Below, piece by piece: positions 1 to 14,040 of a stretch of DNA of 64,000 bases. The stretch's first letter is position 1; the number at the start of each line of letters is the position of its first letter. The notes under the pieces were generated by a model. The model was not told the origin of the DNA. It made no database searches and saw only the letters and a program-made list of their open reading frames with translations. Source of the stretch: Takakia lepidozioides (taxonomy: Eukaryota; Plantae; Bryophyta); the NCBI GenBank assembly GCA_030704615.1, contig CM060731.1, positions 25,048,001 through 25,112,000 of the forward strand, given 5' to 3'. The position numbers were made by a program, and so were the translations under genes.

Positions 1-212
1 GTTGCCAAGTTTACAAGAGAAGTATAACATTACCAACTGGAGTAGTTAACATGGGAACTATGAACAGGTTTTTGTGAGTGCAGTCCTACAATATAACTGC
101 TGTGTATATTTTGCATACACCTGTCTGGATTAGTAAAACAGTCGCGTTGCATGATCTGCATGTATACAGTAGATACATTGCAACCAAAATAGAGGCACAG
201 CTGCAAAACTAC

Positions 213-545
213 CTCCATGAGAGCTAACAGAAGGCGGCGCCCTGCATCCCGCACCGGCTGCTTGCTGTCACCCAAGCGCTCTACAATGGCTGGAAGCAGT
301 GCATTGAAATGCACCTTCAGATGCTCGCCAGCAAGGGCTGCAGCTGATGCCAGGGCCTGCAGAGCCCCCTGACAGACCCTAAAGTTATTGTCCTTCAATA
401 AAATCATGGACGCATCTACCAGGCCACCCACTTCGCTTGCGGAAAGGCTCTTTCTGCTTTGTTCCAAAAGTGTCTGAAGCCTCTCCACCCCTGCCATTCT
501 CTCCTTTGTATCCTTCGCATGTAGCTGCTCTATTGCTTCCTCCAT
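213..545 (-). CDS. CLASP: CLIP-associated protein (CLASP), first coding exon (TOG1 N-terminus); gene continues beyond the left edge
   Basis: MEEAIEQLHAKDTKERMAGVERL...LLKDNNFRVCQGALQAL...HLKVHFNALLPAIVERLGDSKQPVRDAGRRLLLALME matches the plant CLASP N-terminus. ATG at 545-543, GT donor at 212-211, exon = 111 codons. Confidence 0.93.
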
Positions 546-2295
546 TGTGAGGAGCGGTATGGGCAAACCGCAGGCCGCTAAAACTGTGTGCTAAATTACA
601 GTGTGCGCCACTGAAAAGGCCACTTCGTAGTTCGGGGCATTGGCGGAAGACATTTTCACCGAGTCACAACCAGTCACCCACACTTCTCCCTTCCTCCCCA
701 CCTTCCCCACTCTTTTCCCGCTCCTGCATGATGACCGGTCTGAATGACAAGTACAGAGCTCGATAGCAAAAAAGGCTGGCTTTCTTTGATCCTAGGCACT
801 GTCAGAGACCAGCTTGCAGTGGTTCCATCAGAGTCTGCGCTCGAAGACAAAGACTGGAAGAATGTCATCAACTTGTAAGAATGTACATTTGCACAGCAAA
901 GGTACGCAATTCAACATAACAATGTAAGCCAATCAGGGGAAACGGAGGTTAACAAGAGGGAGCCAGGTACAGACAAGAACAAAGACAGAAAGTCAGATAC
1001 GAACAGAAAAAGAACTGACAACAGATTGCAACTCGGATGAAATTCTCATAAACCTACACCAGTGAGCAAGCTACAACTACAATGCACACGACAGACCAGC
1101 GATCACAGAGAAGGCTGGTCTTGGTGAGGAAGAGGAGCCAAGTGGTGCAAGAATGCCAACAACAGAGCTAGGGCGTAAGCAAGTAAAAAATCAAAAACTA
1201 CCAATACAATGTAAGATCACTGCACCTCACACAGAAAGAGGCTCCTACGAAGCGCACGAGACAGATAGTCCAAGCCCCGCATACGCTACACTACACTCAA
1301 ACGAGGTGGCAACATCTCCAGACCTAACGCAAGCAGCACAATCGTAAACCAGTCAACTTCCAACAATGACAGTGACAAGAAAAGAAGAAAAGCGGACAAA
1401 CCAGGATGCAACAACGTAGGCAGCCACAGAGGGGCACCAGCATTGCAAAATGCCTGTCAGACAGCGCGCAGTCCGCTCACGCAGCCTGACCAAGAGCAAT
1501 GCACTATTCTATTACACCCCCTCCAGACCCGAGCGACAGCGCAAGCAGAGAACACGGAACGGCCCCAGCGCAAGGGATGTGCGCAGCGTGCAGAGGGCGC
1601 GCGAGCGAGAGCAGCGAGGAGGGGCCATGGCGGGTCGGGCTGCCCCGCTGCGCGGCAGCCGCGCTGTTGGCGGGCGGGCCCCAAGGGTGGTTGCTGCCAG
1701 CACCCGCCTTCTGGCCGCGCTGTAACTGTAGCAGTCACCCCGCCTCGCCTGCGGTTAACGTCCGCGCCGTCTGGTGTTCAACTCTGCACACCCGTACTTT
1801 GCTGCCCTAAAATCCTGCCTTTCATGTCGTTGCCGATTATGCCCTCCGACACCACGTCTTGCGAGAATAAGTAACATTCCTTTCTTATTACCCAAACAGT
1901 CAAATAATTCCTCTAAATAAATGAACGGCGAGAACAGATTCGTGGAATGCAGAATCCTCACCACTGATAGTATCAAAGACGTGCGCTGGGGGTAAACGAA
2001 CAGCTGTGATCATCCATATTTCAGCGATGAGAACAGTTGTTCATGAGCAGACGCACATGGGTGACAGCTTCGACTGTGCATGGCTAGCACCGGGCCTCTA
2101 TATCAGGCCCGACGTCAGGCTTGGCAACGAGTCATCCCGGCTTGGAAGTGGGTTTGGAAGAAGGGGCGGAGTGGATTGTTCGCCGAGCCTAAAGCCGACA
2201 TAGGATCCCTTATTATAGCCTCACTTTACTACTCCTCCACCCCCACTGTATTTTACTGTAGTGATTTTCAATTCTGAATATTCTAGATTTCTAGG

Positions 2296-2537
2296 TTTTT
2301 TTTTTTTTTTTCTGGATTGAAAGCAAAACGCATCGCACATCAACTGCACAGTGTATCCCTGGTGGTTCAGGGTTCAAACCCGCTGCCCTGCCTGGTGTGT
2401 GGATTGTTCGTGACCGGTTGGTCTGGTGGTGACGTTTCCCACCTGTGTGCCTAATGGCTTATCTGAAAGGGGGTTAATTTTTCCCCCTCCTCCTGAATTG
2501 TGAGCAGTCGCTAGCAAGTTCATTCAAGAAAAAAAAA
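2296..2537. mobile_element. possible SINE remnant(s) or short element bounded by inverted A-tails
   Basis: Left end T16-CTGGATTGAA is an imperfect reverse complement of right end TTCATTCAAG-A9. Internal B-box-like GGTTCAAACC at 2371-2380. Confidence 0.3.
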
Positions 2538-2939
2538 CACATCTGAAAAGGAAGATAATAGGAATGAGGTAAGAACTTAATGCACTCTGCCGTAGATAAA
2601 GTTTCTTTAACGTCCAGTACACCTGACAGTACTTTCACCGGATTCCGGCAGCTTGGGCTCCTCCGGCGGGGATCCTGTCAAATCCTCCCCACCCCCTCTT
2701 ACCTCGGTTTCACTATTAAATACTCTAGGGCATCATGCTGTGGTGGGTAGTGTGTTGGTAAGGTGACTACACTGCAGGCGGTGAGGTACTGGATTCGATT
2801 TGCGATGAGAGGCTATTGTAATGTAAATTGGGTCCAGGTATCCCAATCGGTGTAACCGTCTCTAACCAATCTCACATGTAACTCTTCTTAGTCCATTTTA
2901 TACTTAGCCAAATTGGACTTACTCAAATTTGAAGACCAA

Positions 2940-3082
2940 GTGTGAGTTACACTCCAGTAACCCCCGAGTGGAGTTACACAAATGGTCGTGAGTGGAGTTA
3001 CACTCCATTTTGTGTAACCCCGCATGGAGTTACACTCCCCCTCGTGTAACCCAGTGTAACCCCAAGTGGAGTTTACACTCCT
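2940..3082. repeat. cluster of GGAGTTACAC(TCC)/GTGTAACCC motifs in both orientations, like DNA-transposon subterminal repeats
   Basis: About 5 copies of GAGTTACAC and about 4 of GTAACCC within ~140 bp. Confidence 0.55.
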
Positions 3083-5952
3083 TCAGTTCCATGTCACTCT
3101 CAAGAGAGGGTGGAGAAGATTTGACATGACGGAAACCGGCGTACTATCATGTCAGATTCTGCACGTGTGAATTAAGTTCCTACCTCAATTCTATTATCTC
3201 CCATCTGAAAATCAGATTGATAACCTAACCGATCATTTACTGTAGTTACTTGGGTAAATAACAGCTTCTAAAATAAGCTCCCATTACAGTTTTCATCATA
3301 TGATTGGCAATAACTCTAGTACTTAGTGGTGTTAAAGGGATTTTCAATCAAATTCAATGTCTACAAGATGACATTCACTTGCATAAAAAATAGGAACAGA
3401 TTTCCACTCACATATTGCGAATTCAGAATATTCCCGGAAATAACCACCTTGTAGTTAATTGAGTTCCCACTGACCGTGAGATGGAATGTGGTTCTTCCCT
3501 GCTTTTTATCAGTTTCCTTCTTTTGTAGGCAAGGTCCTTCCGAAGTGTTGGTAGAGCTGTTGTCATTGATGAGCAGCCCATTGAGGCTGTCCCGGGCTGG
3601 TATCCCTGTCGGTAAGTCTCATGGCCTTTCGTTCTTTTAATCTATTGGGCCTGCCTTTTCATAAAGGTCGGGACTAGGTACACATGGGTAGAATGGTTTG
3701 GAGAAGGGAACATTGATACTATTATTGAGAACTAAAAGTATCAGGATGGATGAATCCGACACATTGAAAATTACTATGCCCAGGCTGAGCTAGTCTAGGC
3801 GGCTGTGCTTCTCTCAAAAGGGTCTCTGTGTGTTTGCAGGCAAAGCTCAAGGGTACAGGATAAATCCGTGGATATGTAGGTGGTAAAAGTAGGTAAGAGT
3901 GATGGGTGGCAGGAGTCACAGCGGTAGTCCCGCAACAATAATAATAAGCAAGCATGACATGGCCGGCTGAGAGAGGGTGGCAGTCAGCATGTGCAGACAG
4001 GGAGGCTGTAGCTGTCAGATTATACGTAGCTACTTTGACCCACCATGCCCCTAGAGCGATCGGGATGTGTATAATTATAGGACGACACCCATTGTCTCTT
4101 GTGAGCAGGTGGACCTGCACGCAGTACTGTAGGTAATTACTACTCTCTATGTGGAAACTGGAAACCAGCAGAGCTAACTTACTAGCAGCTGCAAAGTTCA
4201 GTTCGTCGATCATCCCGCACCTACCAAGAATACTAGAATCGCTCGCAGATACACCCAAAAGGTTCGGCTGATGTACCTTGGAGTAGTAGTTGGGACCACC
4301 ATTCTCCTGGCTATCGAGGTGAATACCATCAGCATCATTGACGGTCAACTTTTGCAAAGAAACCTTGGTTGGTGTTCCGTGAGCAAGCCCTCAAATTCCA
4401 AGGTGGACCCATCAGGGGATAGGGTGGTGATTCGGAAGAAATGGGCCCACAGAAATAATTGGGGAACATAGCCTTGTGAACATTCCCCTCAAATAAGTGT
4501 GAGGGATTCGGTCCTGAATAGCTCGGAACAAACGCATGTATCCAGCAGGCTGCCACGACTGACGGCAGAGCTGTCATCCACAACGAACCTCATTTCCATG
4601 TTGGGATCTCCCTCCACTCCAAACCTGGGGTACATGGACACCACGCCGTGATGGCACTCCAGAGTACCGGGGAGCACTTACTGTGGCAAGCATTTCCACA
4701 ATTGCTTGACAAATCAGAGCAATGAGCCATGAACTGTTCATGCAATTGGCAAGCCAAGGAGAGGACAAGCTGAGTTGTTAAGGGGATTGCACATGGGTTG
4801 ACAAGAGTCCTGTGAGAGCTGGATAGATTGGCAAGAGAAAATTGTAAGGTTGCCAATGTACAAGACCCATTACTCAAGGACACTGATGCAAAAGGTCTGC
4901 CTTCGGGCATGCTGGGTTACATGCCATCAATTTTTGTTTGGAGGGCACAAACCACAGGCTAGAGAAACAGCTCGGTGCGGGGCTATCTCCCTCAGCTCAT
5001 AATTTCTCAACAGAGATTAGGAATTGGTCAGCCCAAAGGATTGCAAGGTTGGATTGGAAGAACCTTAGCCAAGCGCAAAAGTGACAGGAGAAGAATGTAC
5101 GTACACCTATAAAGCTATTGAACATTCATATCTCGAATGGGATGGCTGACATTGACTACCTTGTGGTACAGATTTCCAAACACTGTAGAGATGTAGAGAG
5201 AGCAGACCCAGTGTACTGCACTATTTGCAAGTTAAAATGTCTTGCAGTCTCGCGTCTACAGAGTCTCTTGGAGAGGAGTAGATGATGATGATCTCCCACA
5301 GCAGAATTCCTCTAACAGAAAAGGATGGGAATAACCACACAAAAGCAAAGGGGGGAGGCCAGAATCCCTGAGGGGCAGTCCGTTAACCTGCATATAGTGG
5401 TGGGCAGTATAACCTGCAGTCGTCTGTTTTATCAACACTCAGATGACCATCTTCCATGCACCATCATCGCCTTTGGTGGCACTGACTTCCAGAGTTGGTC
5501 ACAGAACAACCGAAAATACTGCCACACTCTCCTAATGGCCATGAGCATGGGTAACGTATAAGCCTAGCATGGCCATGTCCAATTAACATATAACTGAGCA
5601 AAATATAGTAATCTTACAAAAGCATGATGCGGTCTGAATGCTGACTTCCACACTGTGTTGGACTACCTGACCCAGCCCCTTCATCCACTTGTAGAAAAGA
5701 AGCATCGCATTCCACTTTGTTACAAGTTCTGTGGAGACCTTCGGTCCATTCTTTAGAGCAGCCAATGAAGAACATGCATTTTGCCTCATGGTGTGCTCCA
5801 TAATGAAGGGCCTTTGAAGTTTCATAACCAAGTAAAGCCAACATTTCTACTGCCAGCTAAACGATCGAGTCACAATCACTTTCTGTTAATCAATGCTTTC
5901 CTGCCCATGTACTCCATGTCCATGGATTCTGTGAAGGTGGGCATCCCAGGTA

Positions 5953-8104
5953 TCATCCTCCACAGCAAGAGCCGCAAGGAGCAGGCGCATCTGCAAAGCC
6001 ACCATGCACGTTATTCACAACCCCAGTTTCGATGTACTCAAAGGTAGGTGCTGTCTTCAAAGAGATGTGAAAGAAATTTGTACTACTGCTTTAGAAACAT
6101 CGGCATCTGAGGAGTGCGTGATCGCAGTCCATGTGTTAGACAAGATATTTAGAGCCGGATGAACATGAGACCCTACAAGCTGGTGGAATGGGTGCAAATT
6201 AAAAAAGCAAACAGATCTTTCTGTAGATCATCAACGGTACCTTCCCCCAGCATGTTCTCTGTAACAGCATTGTCCCTCCCCAACTCTAGAAAGGCCTCTT
6301 AAAAAGGCCCTCATCCCTTGGCTTATTGTCTCAATTCAACAACCCAAATTCAAGTAAGGGAAAGATATGCATACTGTGATCGATTCCCCGCACGTTGCCC
6401 AAGCCACTGGGTCCGCTACCCCCCCCACCATATGGACCCCTTCCAGGACCACCAGAAGGACCACCAGGACCCCCAGGCCCACCAGGCCCACTACCATAGC
6501 TTGATGGGCCTGCTTGCCGTTTTGAACTAGATCTCTTCCCGTACGTGTTGGAAGCCTCCAACTGCATTGCAGAGAACCATTTGTCAGCACAAGAGCAGTC
6601 ACACTGGGGACCTTTAAACCACACAAGCCATTTAATAAGAGTGGATGAGTGTAGTGCCAAGTGACTGAACCATTGCAATCCTTCCTTAATACAGATCTCC
6701 TTAAGACAAATAACTATTGGAAAAACTAAAACTCAAGATGGTAACACTGCTCCCTTCAACCATCTCGTCAACATTTTTTGAATGAAATATCGTAGCGACA
6801 TTGAAAACCGAAAAACTTGAGCCATATTGATTGATAACCGGCATTACAAAATACCTAGATCATTGAACTTCCAAGAGCAAGTCCAGCAAATCATACAGGG
6901 AAGTGAATCACAAAGCGCATTTAACAGAACTGTGTGGATGCTACTGCACTTGTCTTCTTGTGATACACCTCTGGGAATGCCTATAATGAATGTTGTTACC
7001 CAGACCCAGACCTGAACTAAACAGACTCAAGGCCTGACAAGTCACATAGAGAGACAAGCTTACTGAGAACATGGTGTTGAAGAAGCTGCCAATCAAGTTG
7101 AGAATGGCCCAAAAAATGTCAGAAATGATGCTTAGCCTCCAGGGTGACCGCCTCCCTTTGACATCCCCTGCAAACCCCACAAGTTCATAGCTTGCCCCTT
7201 AAGGATCAATACCTACCATGTCGGCATGCTGAAAATAGCACTCCTCTACTTCTCCAAAAAAAAGATTTGAAGAATTAGAAGTTGGCCCCGGACTACACTT
7301 TCTACACTCTGAGATTGATGGGTCTCAGCCAACCACCAACAGAGACTGCAACAAGACATCAGGCAACAGGCACATCTGCAGAGGTCAGAGAAGTCAGATC
7401 ACATCCCAAAAGCAGTGGAATACAAGTCAACAACATACATAAACTGAGTCTAAAGAAACCAAGATTACAGTTAACCAGCTCACAGGACACTGCACTGAAT
7501 CCACCTTGTGCCTAAAATCTGCAAGATCTGTGGCTTCTGTTTGACATCAGGTTCAATGGATAGCGTGGCCTGAGGCTTTTAGAAACGTCCACCACACCTT
7601 CATGCCATGGCACAGCCAAACCTTGCAATTCTGGTTGCAATCTTTTGTCTTCCCTTTGAGACAATAAATGACACCTATGGGCAATCTAATGTGTTGCACC
7701 AGGATATTTCAAATTTGTGAGTGTCCACTGTTCATGAGACATGAGAGTTAGTTTTACAAGTAGACACTCCGAGTGCCCTAAAAACGCATCTAATCACGTA
7801 AGTTCCATCCAGAAAACCACAACCAACGCTAGAGACTAGGGAAAGATCAAAGCTATGAACATTCGAATCAGAATGTTGCTTGAGTCGGAAAATTTACAGA
7901 AAGAATCTTCAGATCTTAAGGATGACCTATTTGAAACCTTCTCAAGAACCTGACGTCACAACTTCTAATTGACTGCAAGGTCTTCCGAACATCCTCAACC
8001 CAAACTTACCTGAATCAAGCCCCAATTTCCCCAAACTGATGCCAAACCCATACGGACCGAATCCTGGGATTAATCGAGAACCCACCTGCTTGAATGTACG
8101 CCAT
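5953..8104 (-). CDS. SELK: selenoprotein K/SelG-family glycine-rich membrane protein, Cys-containing plant homolog (115 aa, 4 exons)
   Basis: Exons 8104-8086, 7167-7064, 6561-6375, 5990-5953, all GT-AG, total 348 nt in frame: MAYIQAGDVKGRRSPWRLSIISDIFWAILNLIGSFFNTMFS-LEASNTY...GPGGPGG...NVRGIDHNAPAPCGSCCGG*. Confidence 0.9.
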
Positions 8105-9430
8105 CGCCGCACCCCTCCAAGCCGGCCAAGACAAACGGAAAGTCGGAAGAAGGGGACCTCATCTCGTGTGAAAGGAAGAAGCTTCTGGATGAACGTCCTC
8201 TGGATGACAAGCACTTCGAGGACTTCACCCTTGTCCTATACGGTGGAGCTTTCTTAACAACCCAGACTGCAATGGGATGAATGAGCAGAACGATGTGAGA
8301 CGCCATCCATGCATACATCCATCCCATTTCAGTCGGGATAAATGAACGAATATTCATCCATATCATTCCTACCTGGATGAGGTACTAGTAATCATTCGGT
8401 CGTCGCTATAGTTCGGGTTGGTTGCGACCGTATGGCGCGTACCAAATCGTATGCGTTGAAAATACACGTACTACCAGATCCAAGGAAGGTACAAGGTACC
8501 TCGGTACGTTAATAGCAGGTAGCCTGTAGGAACGTTGCGTCGGATTACATCCAGGTTTGGGCGCATTCCGTTGAGGGGAACGTCTACATCAGGGCGGAAT
8601 GGGTAGGACCTTGTAAGATGGAGTATTCCACTTGTTGCAGATGCTCTTCTGTCCTTTGGCTGGATGAAAAGCAGGGCGGTTGGTGTAGCTAATTAAATGT
8701 GCCTAATAATAGCTTCTCATTCCAACAGTAACCTAAACCTAATCTGACAGGGTGGCTGCTGATGTGTGGGAGAAATTTAAAACAATCCTGGCAGCCAATG
8801 AGAAGCCACCATTTGCCATTTCAGATTAACCCTTTCCTTTAAAAAGCGGCTGGCTTATGCCAGCCAGCCGGATGATGTTTTTGTGTGATGATAACAGTGT
8901 ACCTGGATGAGCCTGCTGTTTGGATGTGTTGCACTTGATGCCCCTGCATGTGATTTGATTGGCCCACCTGTGGGGCTCCTCTAGCAGGGGATCCTTCCCA
9001 TTTAGCTTGGCGTGCATTACTAGCCCGCTGCAGCGCCCAAACTCGTAGAGGATAAAGGAATATTCCCGGGTAGAGAAATTTGGTCTTACAACCTGCCTAT
9101 TCCAAGAGGGCATGGTCAGGACCTACCTGCCCATTCTGCCTCAATTCTAGTGACGACTGAAATGTCCGAAACTTAGGTAAAGTTTAGGCTGACATTTGGC
9201 AGATTCAGAGAGCCTCAACGAGAGGCCGTGCAAAGATTGAACCCAGGACTGCCTGCTCCGAGTAGCGTGATATCTACGTATCCATCGTATGCGATGATGC
9301 AGATACAATACGTAGGTGTGGCGGGTCTGACGGCAGGTGGAAGGGCGGGTTGAGGAAATAGGGCGATCAGCAGAACGGACGGCCGTTGAGAGCGCGCCAA
9401 AGGAGGGCCTCACGAGTTGCCCCTCCGCTC

Positions 9431-9438
9431 TATATAAT
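9431..9438 (+). promoter_or_regulatory. putative TATA box of the CAD gene (followed by a probable 5'-UTR exon and intron)
   Basis: TATATAAT, then a donor-like CAG|GTAATT at ~9681, ~900 bp upstream of the CAD ATG. Confidence 0.35.
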
Positions 9439-10079
9439 CATACCTTTGCGCGTCGCAGCAGCAACACAGTTCAAGAAAACGGATCGTTCTTTATTTCTGC
9501 AGTTGACTGCGTTTCTGGGAGGTCGGCTGCAGTGGAGCTTTGAGAAGTCCCAGGCTGGTACTTGTCCGACCTCTCTCTCTGCTGGTGGTTCGAAGTTTTC
9601 TGATAAACAAGTCCTGTTGTTTCATATGTGAAGCTCTACGGAGTGCTTGGACCACGTTGGCTCACGGTCTTAGTCGAGCAGGTAATTGTATTGAGGTGAT
9701 GCAGGTGATTGTGAGCATCGTAAATAAAGTCTTACAGGGTTTCATCAATTTCAGAGCGTGTCTAGACTTCGGTCCTTTGCATGTAGTCTATCCTAAAGAA
9801 CTTCCTTGAAGCTCTGCCACGCGCACAGTTTCAAGTCGTTTTAATATTGAGTTCATTGTGAACATCTTCGTTCTGAGTCTTTTTTTGAAGGATCAGATGC
9901 CGTTCTGGAGATTTAAGGACCTTTCTGTTTTTCAAATGTTGTATGTGTAGAGTTTAAGCCTACATTGGGTAGCAAAGTCACCTCTGCAGGTAGATCGACA
10001 AAGTAGCACTCGCTAAGCATATGTCAACTGGTCAATAATTTAAATTTTCACTTGCCATGGCCTAGCTCAAGATTAAATT

Positions 10080-10119
10080 AGAGAGAGAGAGAGGGAGAGA
10101 GAGAGGGAGAGAGAGAGAG
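10080..10119 (+). repeat. (GA)n microsatellite upstream of the CAD start codon
   Basis: About 20 GA units with two GG interruptions. Confidence 0.9.
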
Positions 10120-10343
10120 TTTTTGCGAATCGTTCTCTCGAACAATTGAACAGTTTAAACATTATCTTCATTCCTCAAGGTTGCACGGTCAGCCACATAC
10201 ATTTCTTGCCTTCATTTCTTGCCTTTGCTGAGTATAATGTGCAGTCTGACATTCAAGTCGAGGTCTCACGAACAGAAACATTTACTTGAGTTGTGAAGTC
10301 GAGTTTCTGAGTTGCAGAACAATTCCTAACGGTGTAAAGAAAG

Positions 10344-13231
10344 ATGGAAGCTTCAGGCCAAGTGACTGGCTGGGCTGCAAAGGATACCACGGGAACCCTT
10401 GCACCCTTCAAATTCTCGCGCAGGTGGGATGACCATCTGCAGAACATTTCATTTGCATGCATAAAAATGTTAAAATTTATGTTTTCTCCTTTTCGTGTTG
10501 GTCGTATGGATGTACAAGTAGCCTTTGAAGCCCGAGATTTTTCTCTCGTTGATGTTTTTGAATTTGAGGCACTTTTTCAATATCCGGTTCTGGACGTAGA
10601 ATTGGTCAGTTGACACGAGCACTACGCGGAGGTCTTTTAACAGAAAATGCTGTGAAGACATAGGTGCCAGGACCTTGATCGATGAGTGCAGCTTGTTATT
10701 GGCAACTAATCCCATGTCTGGAGACTTCTCTAGATAGAATTTTTTGAATGACAAGAATTAACAGACTACACCACCCTGCTCAAGCCTCAACAGAAGACCC
10801 GTGGCTGCTTCCTTACGCTATATAGGTTGACCGTGCGCGAATGTGATTCTGATGCAGGCCAACAGGTCCTGAGGATGTGACATTCAAGGTCCTCTACTGC
10901 GGAATTTGCCATTCTGATCTGCATCAAATCCGGAATGAGTGGCTCAATTCGAAATACCCCATGGTTCCAGGGTGAGATGCAATCTGGTCCACACTGTCTC
11001 TCCACTGTCTCTGCTATAATGCCTAGCCAAGTACATCTTTTGAGTGCAGTACCCGGTGATAATACCGGCCAGGAAGGGATGACGTCCACTCGACATTTTG
11101 AAAGCAAACCTTTGTGACCCTCGGAGTGTCATTCCTCATGAATGGCAAACTTATTAATGCCAACTTCTGTTGTTCCTAGCCTCATGTTCTGAGTTTGATG
11201 AAACCTAACTAAAACTTCTACAGGCAGTGTAGAACAGCAGATGAACTACAGGTCTGAATATCCGATGGGAAGAAAGACATGCATGCAAAAAGTAACCAAA
11301 GAATTTGTCGTGCTGAGTCTGACAGCTCTGAAGTGGATGATCACAGGCATGAAATTGTTGGAGTTGTCACTGAAGTGGGCTCAAAGGTGGAAAGCTTTAA
11401 GGTGGGCCAGAGCGTTGGAGTGGGCTGCATGGTGCGATCCTGCCAGGCCTGTGAGTCTTGCGAGCAGGGATTAGAGCAGTACTGCGACAAAGTGGTGTGG
11501 ACCTACAACGCCATTGACAACGATGGTTCCCTCACCCAGGGTGGCTACTCTGGGATTATGGTTTGTGACCAAAAGTACGTGTTTGGATACGCAATTGAGC
11601 TGCCAGCTAATGGCTACAGTCCGATAAAATTTAAATTAAGTAAAAATGGTTTTGCCCGCCAACGGACCTATTCTTTGGATGTCAAGTGGTGAGTGATATC
11701 TATGTGCGCAGGGTTGTAATCCACAGATGAAATCATCTGCAGATAGCAGGGTTCGAGATAGCAAAGGTACGAGCCCGGACAAATCAAACTATCTAGATCT
11801 GGACGATAACCCTTCCATAGTCTGACAATCATGCACGTGTGCCCGATTTGCCAGGTTTGTGTTGCGGATCCCTGAGAACTTGCCTATGGATGGAGCAGCG
11901 CCCCTGCTATGTGCAGGCATAACGGTTTGGAGCCCCATGAAGCACTTTGGGATGACTAAGAAGGGCAAGCACTTCGGAGTGATCGGGTTGGGTGGCCTGG
12001 GGCACATGGCAGTGAAGTTTGCTAAGGCGTTTGGTTTGAAGGTTACTGTCTTTAGCACCTCCCCCGGCAAAGAGAAGGAGGCTCGGGAGAGTCTTGAAGC
12101 TGACAATTTTATTGTCAGCAAGGATGAAAAGAAAATGAAGGTGAGACTTATGCTAAGGAAAAGCGGGGTTCGCACAGTGCGTGCAAGTTGAAGTGGTGGG
12201 CATGTTCAAGTATATTTTTGTCAATTCATGAATTCACTAACTTTGCATTGATAAAGTCTCCAACAAAGGAAGCCACGCGATGATGGGAAATAGATAAAAG
12301 GATAGACACTTGATCCATGATACTATGAGCACAAAATGTTAAAATTAAAATTTATTCGTTGTAGTATATGTGTACAATATCTATTTCAAACCATGTCCAG
12401 AGCATTTCTGGGTAAATATACATTTGGGTATTGATTGCGACATTCCTGGGGTGGCTGAATGTGCGCAGGCTGCACAAAAGACGATTGACTACATGATGGA
12501 TACAGTGTCAGGTTTTCACTGCTTGGATACATATCTCAGTCTGCTAAAGACGAATGGCAAGCTTGTCTTGGTTGGTGTCCCTGAGAAAAAGCTGGAAATC
12601 ACCCCTGGTTCAATCATTTTTGGTAAGTCCTAAAGCTGCAATCTGGCTTTTGTACGAGAGAGGGTTCTTCGGATTATTTGTCAGGTAGCAAACACCCACA
12701 AACCGTTACTTCCAGACGAAAATATCCAAAGCATTTAAGGTCGTGCAAGTATAGTCACGGAAGCAAGCTCATGTTCCTTGAGAATGCACAGGGAGCGAAT
12801 TCTTCCACCTTTTTGAAAAATTTGGCTTCAAGCTTCACTCTGTAGAGATTTGGTACTAGTCTACAAGTCTCTAAGTTTTAAGAGTACCTGCTCCCCACCT
12901 TCAAGGCAAGCTTTGCGAGAGGAAAGGCACTGACCACGTTGAACTTAGAAAGATGCCATTACTGGTGTGGCAGTGGCCCTAAGTTACAGCGAGTTTCATG
13001 CTGAGCCTGAATGTTGAAAATGCAGGGCGACGGTTCGTGGGGGGCAGTCTGATAGGAGGAGTGGAAGAGACTCAAGATATGCTGGACTTTTGTGGGGAGC
13101 ACAATATTACGTGCATGATTGAGAAGATCCACATGTCGTACGTCAACGAGGCCATGGAAAGACTTGTGAAATGTGATGTCAAGTATCGATTTGTGATTGA
13201 TGTCGGGAAGACTCTTGAGGCAGAGCTGTAG
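10344..13231 (+). CDS. CAD: cinnamyl alcohol dehydrogenase / mannitol dehydrogenase-like Zn-dependent MDR (6 exons)
   Basis: Exons 10344-10423, 10858-10971, 11347-11574, 11855-12140, 12469-12622, 13026-13231 with GT-AG borders. Motifs: [15 protein letters not shown], structural-Zn C-x2-C-x2-C-x7-[25 protein letters not shown]. Confidence 0.95.
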
Positions 13232-13844
13232 CCTGGCTGTAGCTGCAGATTTTATCAAATCTGCTACCAGGGATGGGGCAGCTTCAGGTCAGATATAAAG
13301 AACACTGCCGAGTATAATACTTCAGATGAAGTCAGGTTTGCTGAGCTGCCATTTTTGTTCCTCTGATTACATGTGGTTGATCGTTATATTACTAGTTTTC
13401 AGTTTTGCAATCGCTTCACCGGACTTGTAGTGGGAAGCATGAAGAGGTTGAACATATACTATTCTGGACTGGTTGTTATGGCTTGCAAACTGTAGCAGGA
13501 TGCATTCGTCTGGAGACAGATACTCTTCTGTTCATTACGTGGATAAAAAGCAGGTGGTGATTTGAGAAAGTTAGTGCGGGCCTAATTTTGGTCAACAGCA
13601 ACAATATTAGACACCTGGCAGATGATGTGCGATGGAGGACTAATGTAATTGGTGCCACCAATGAGGGCTGGCCACCTGGCTGTTTAGATTGGTAGCTCTT
13701 ATTTTATAGAAAAAGCTATGGAGGCTTGGGCTTTCAGCGGTGTGATTTGGTGTGCTAAACTGTGTCCCTCCATATAACTTAGTGTGTTAATGTTGTTAAC
13801 CCTTAAGCGACTAGCTAAGTTTTGGTGGGCCACTCCCCAAATGG

Positions 13845-14040
13845 TACACGGGTAAATAGATTTTTGCTTATCCTCCGGATAAGGATAAATAAAAATCAGA
13901 GGTTTATTTATCCTCCGGGTAAGGGTAAATTGATATATCCATTTATTTATCCTACGGGTAAAGGGTAAAGGCCAATAAGGATATATGATTTACCCTTTTT
14001 ATACCCGTCGGATAAATAAAGGATATATAGAGAGATATAT
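13845..14040. repeat. degenerate DNA-transposon end with repeated TTTATCCTCCGG(G/A)TAAGG(G/A)TAAA motifs
   Basis: Three to four imperfect, semi-palindromic copies at the left boundary of the TE island. Confidence 0.5.

Noticed and set aside
1443-1874. Overlapping GC-rich ORFs on both strands
   Set aside because: Low-complexity Arg/Ala/Gly translations typical of a GC-rich promoter/5' UTR (CLASP); no domain.
2735-2815. tRNA-like A/B box sequence
   Set aside because: No convincing cloverleaf; at most a decayed SINE head.
3500-5560. Exon-like segments and a 211-aa minus-strand ORF
   Set aside because: Some good splice sites are present, but I could not assemble a coherent frame or recognise a family. 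Left unannotated.
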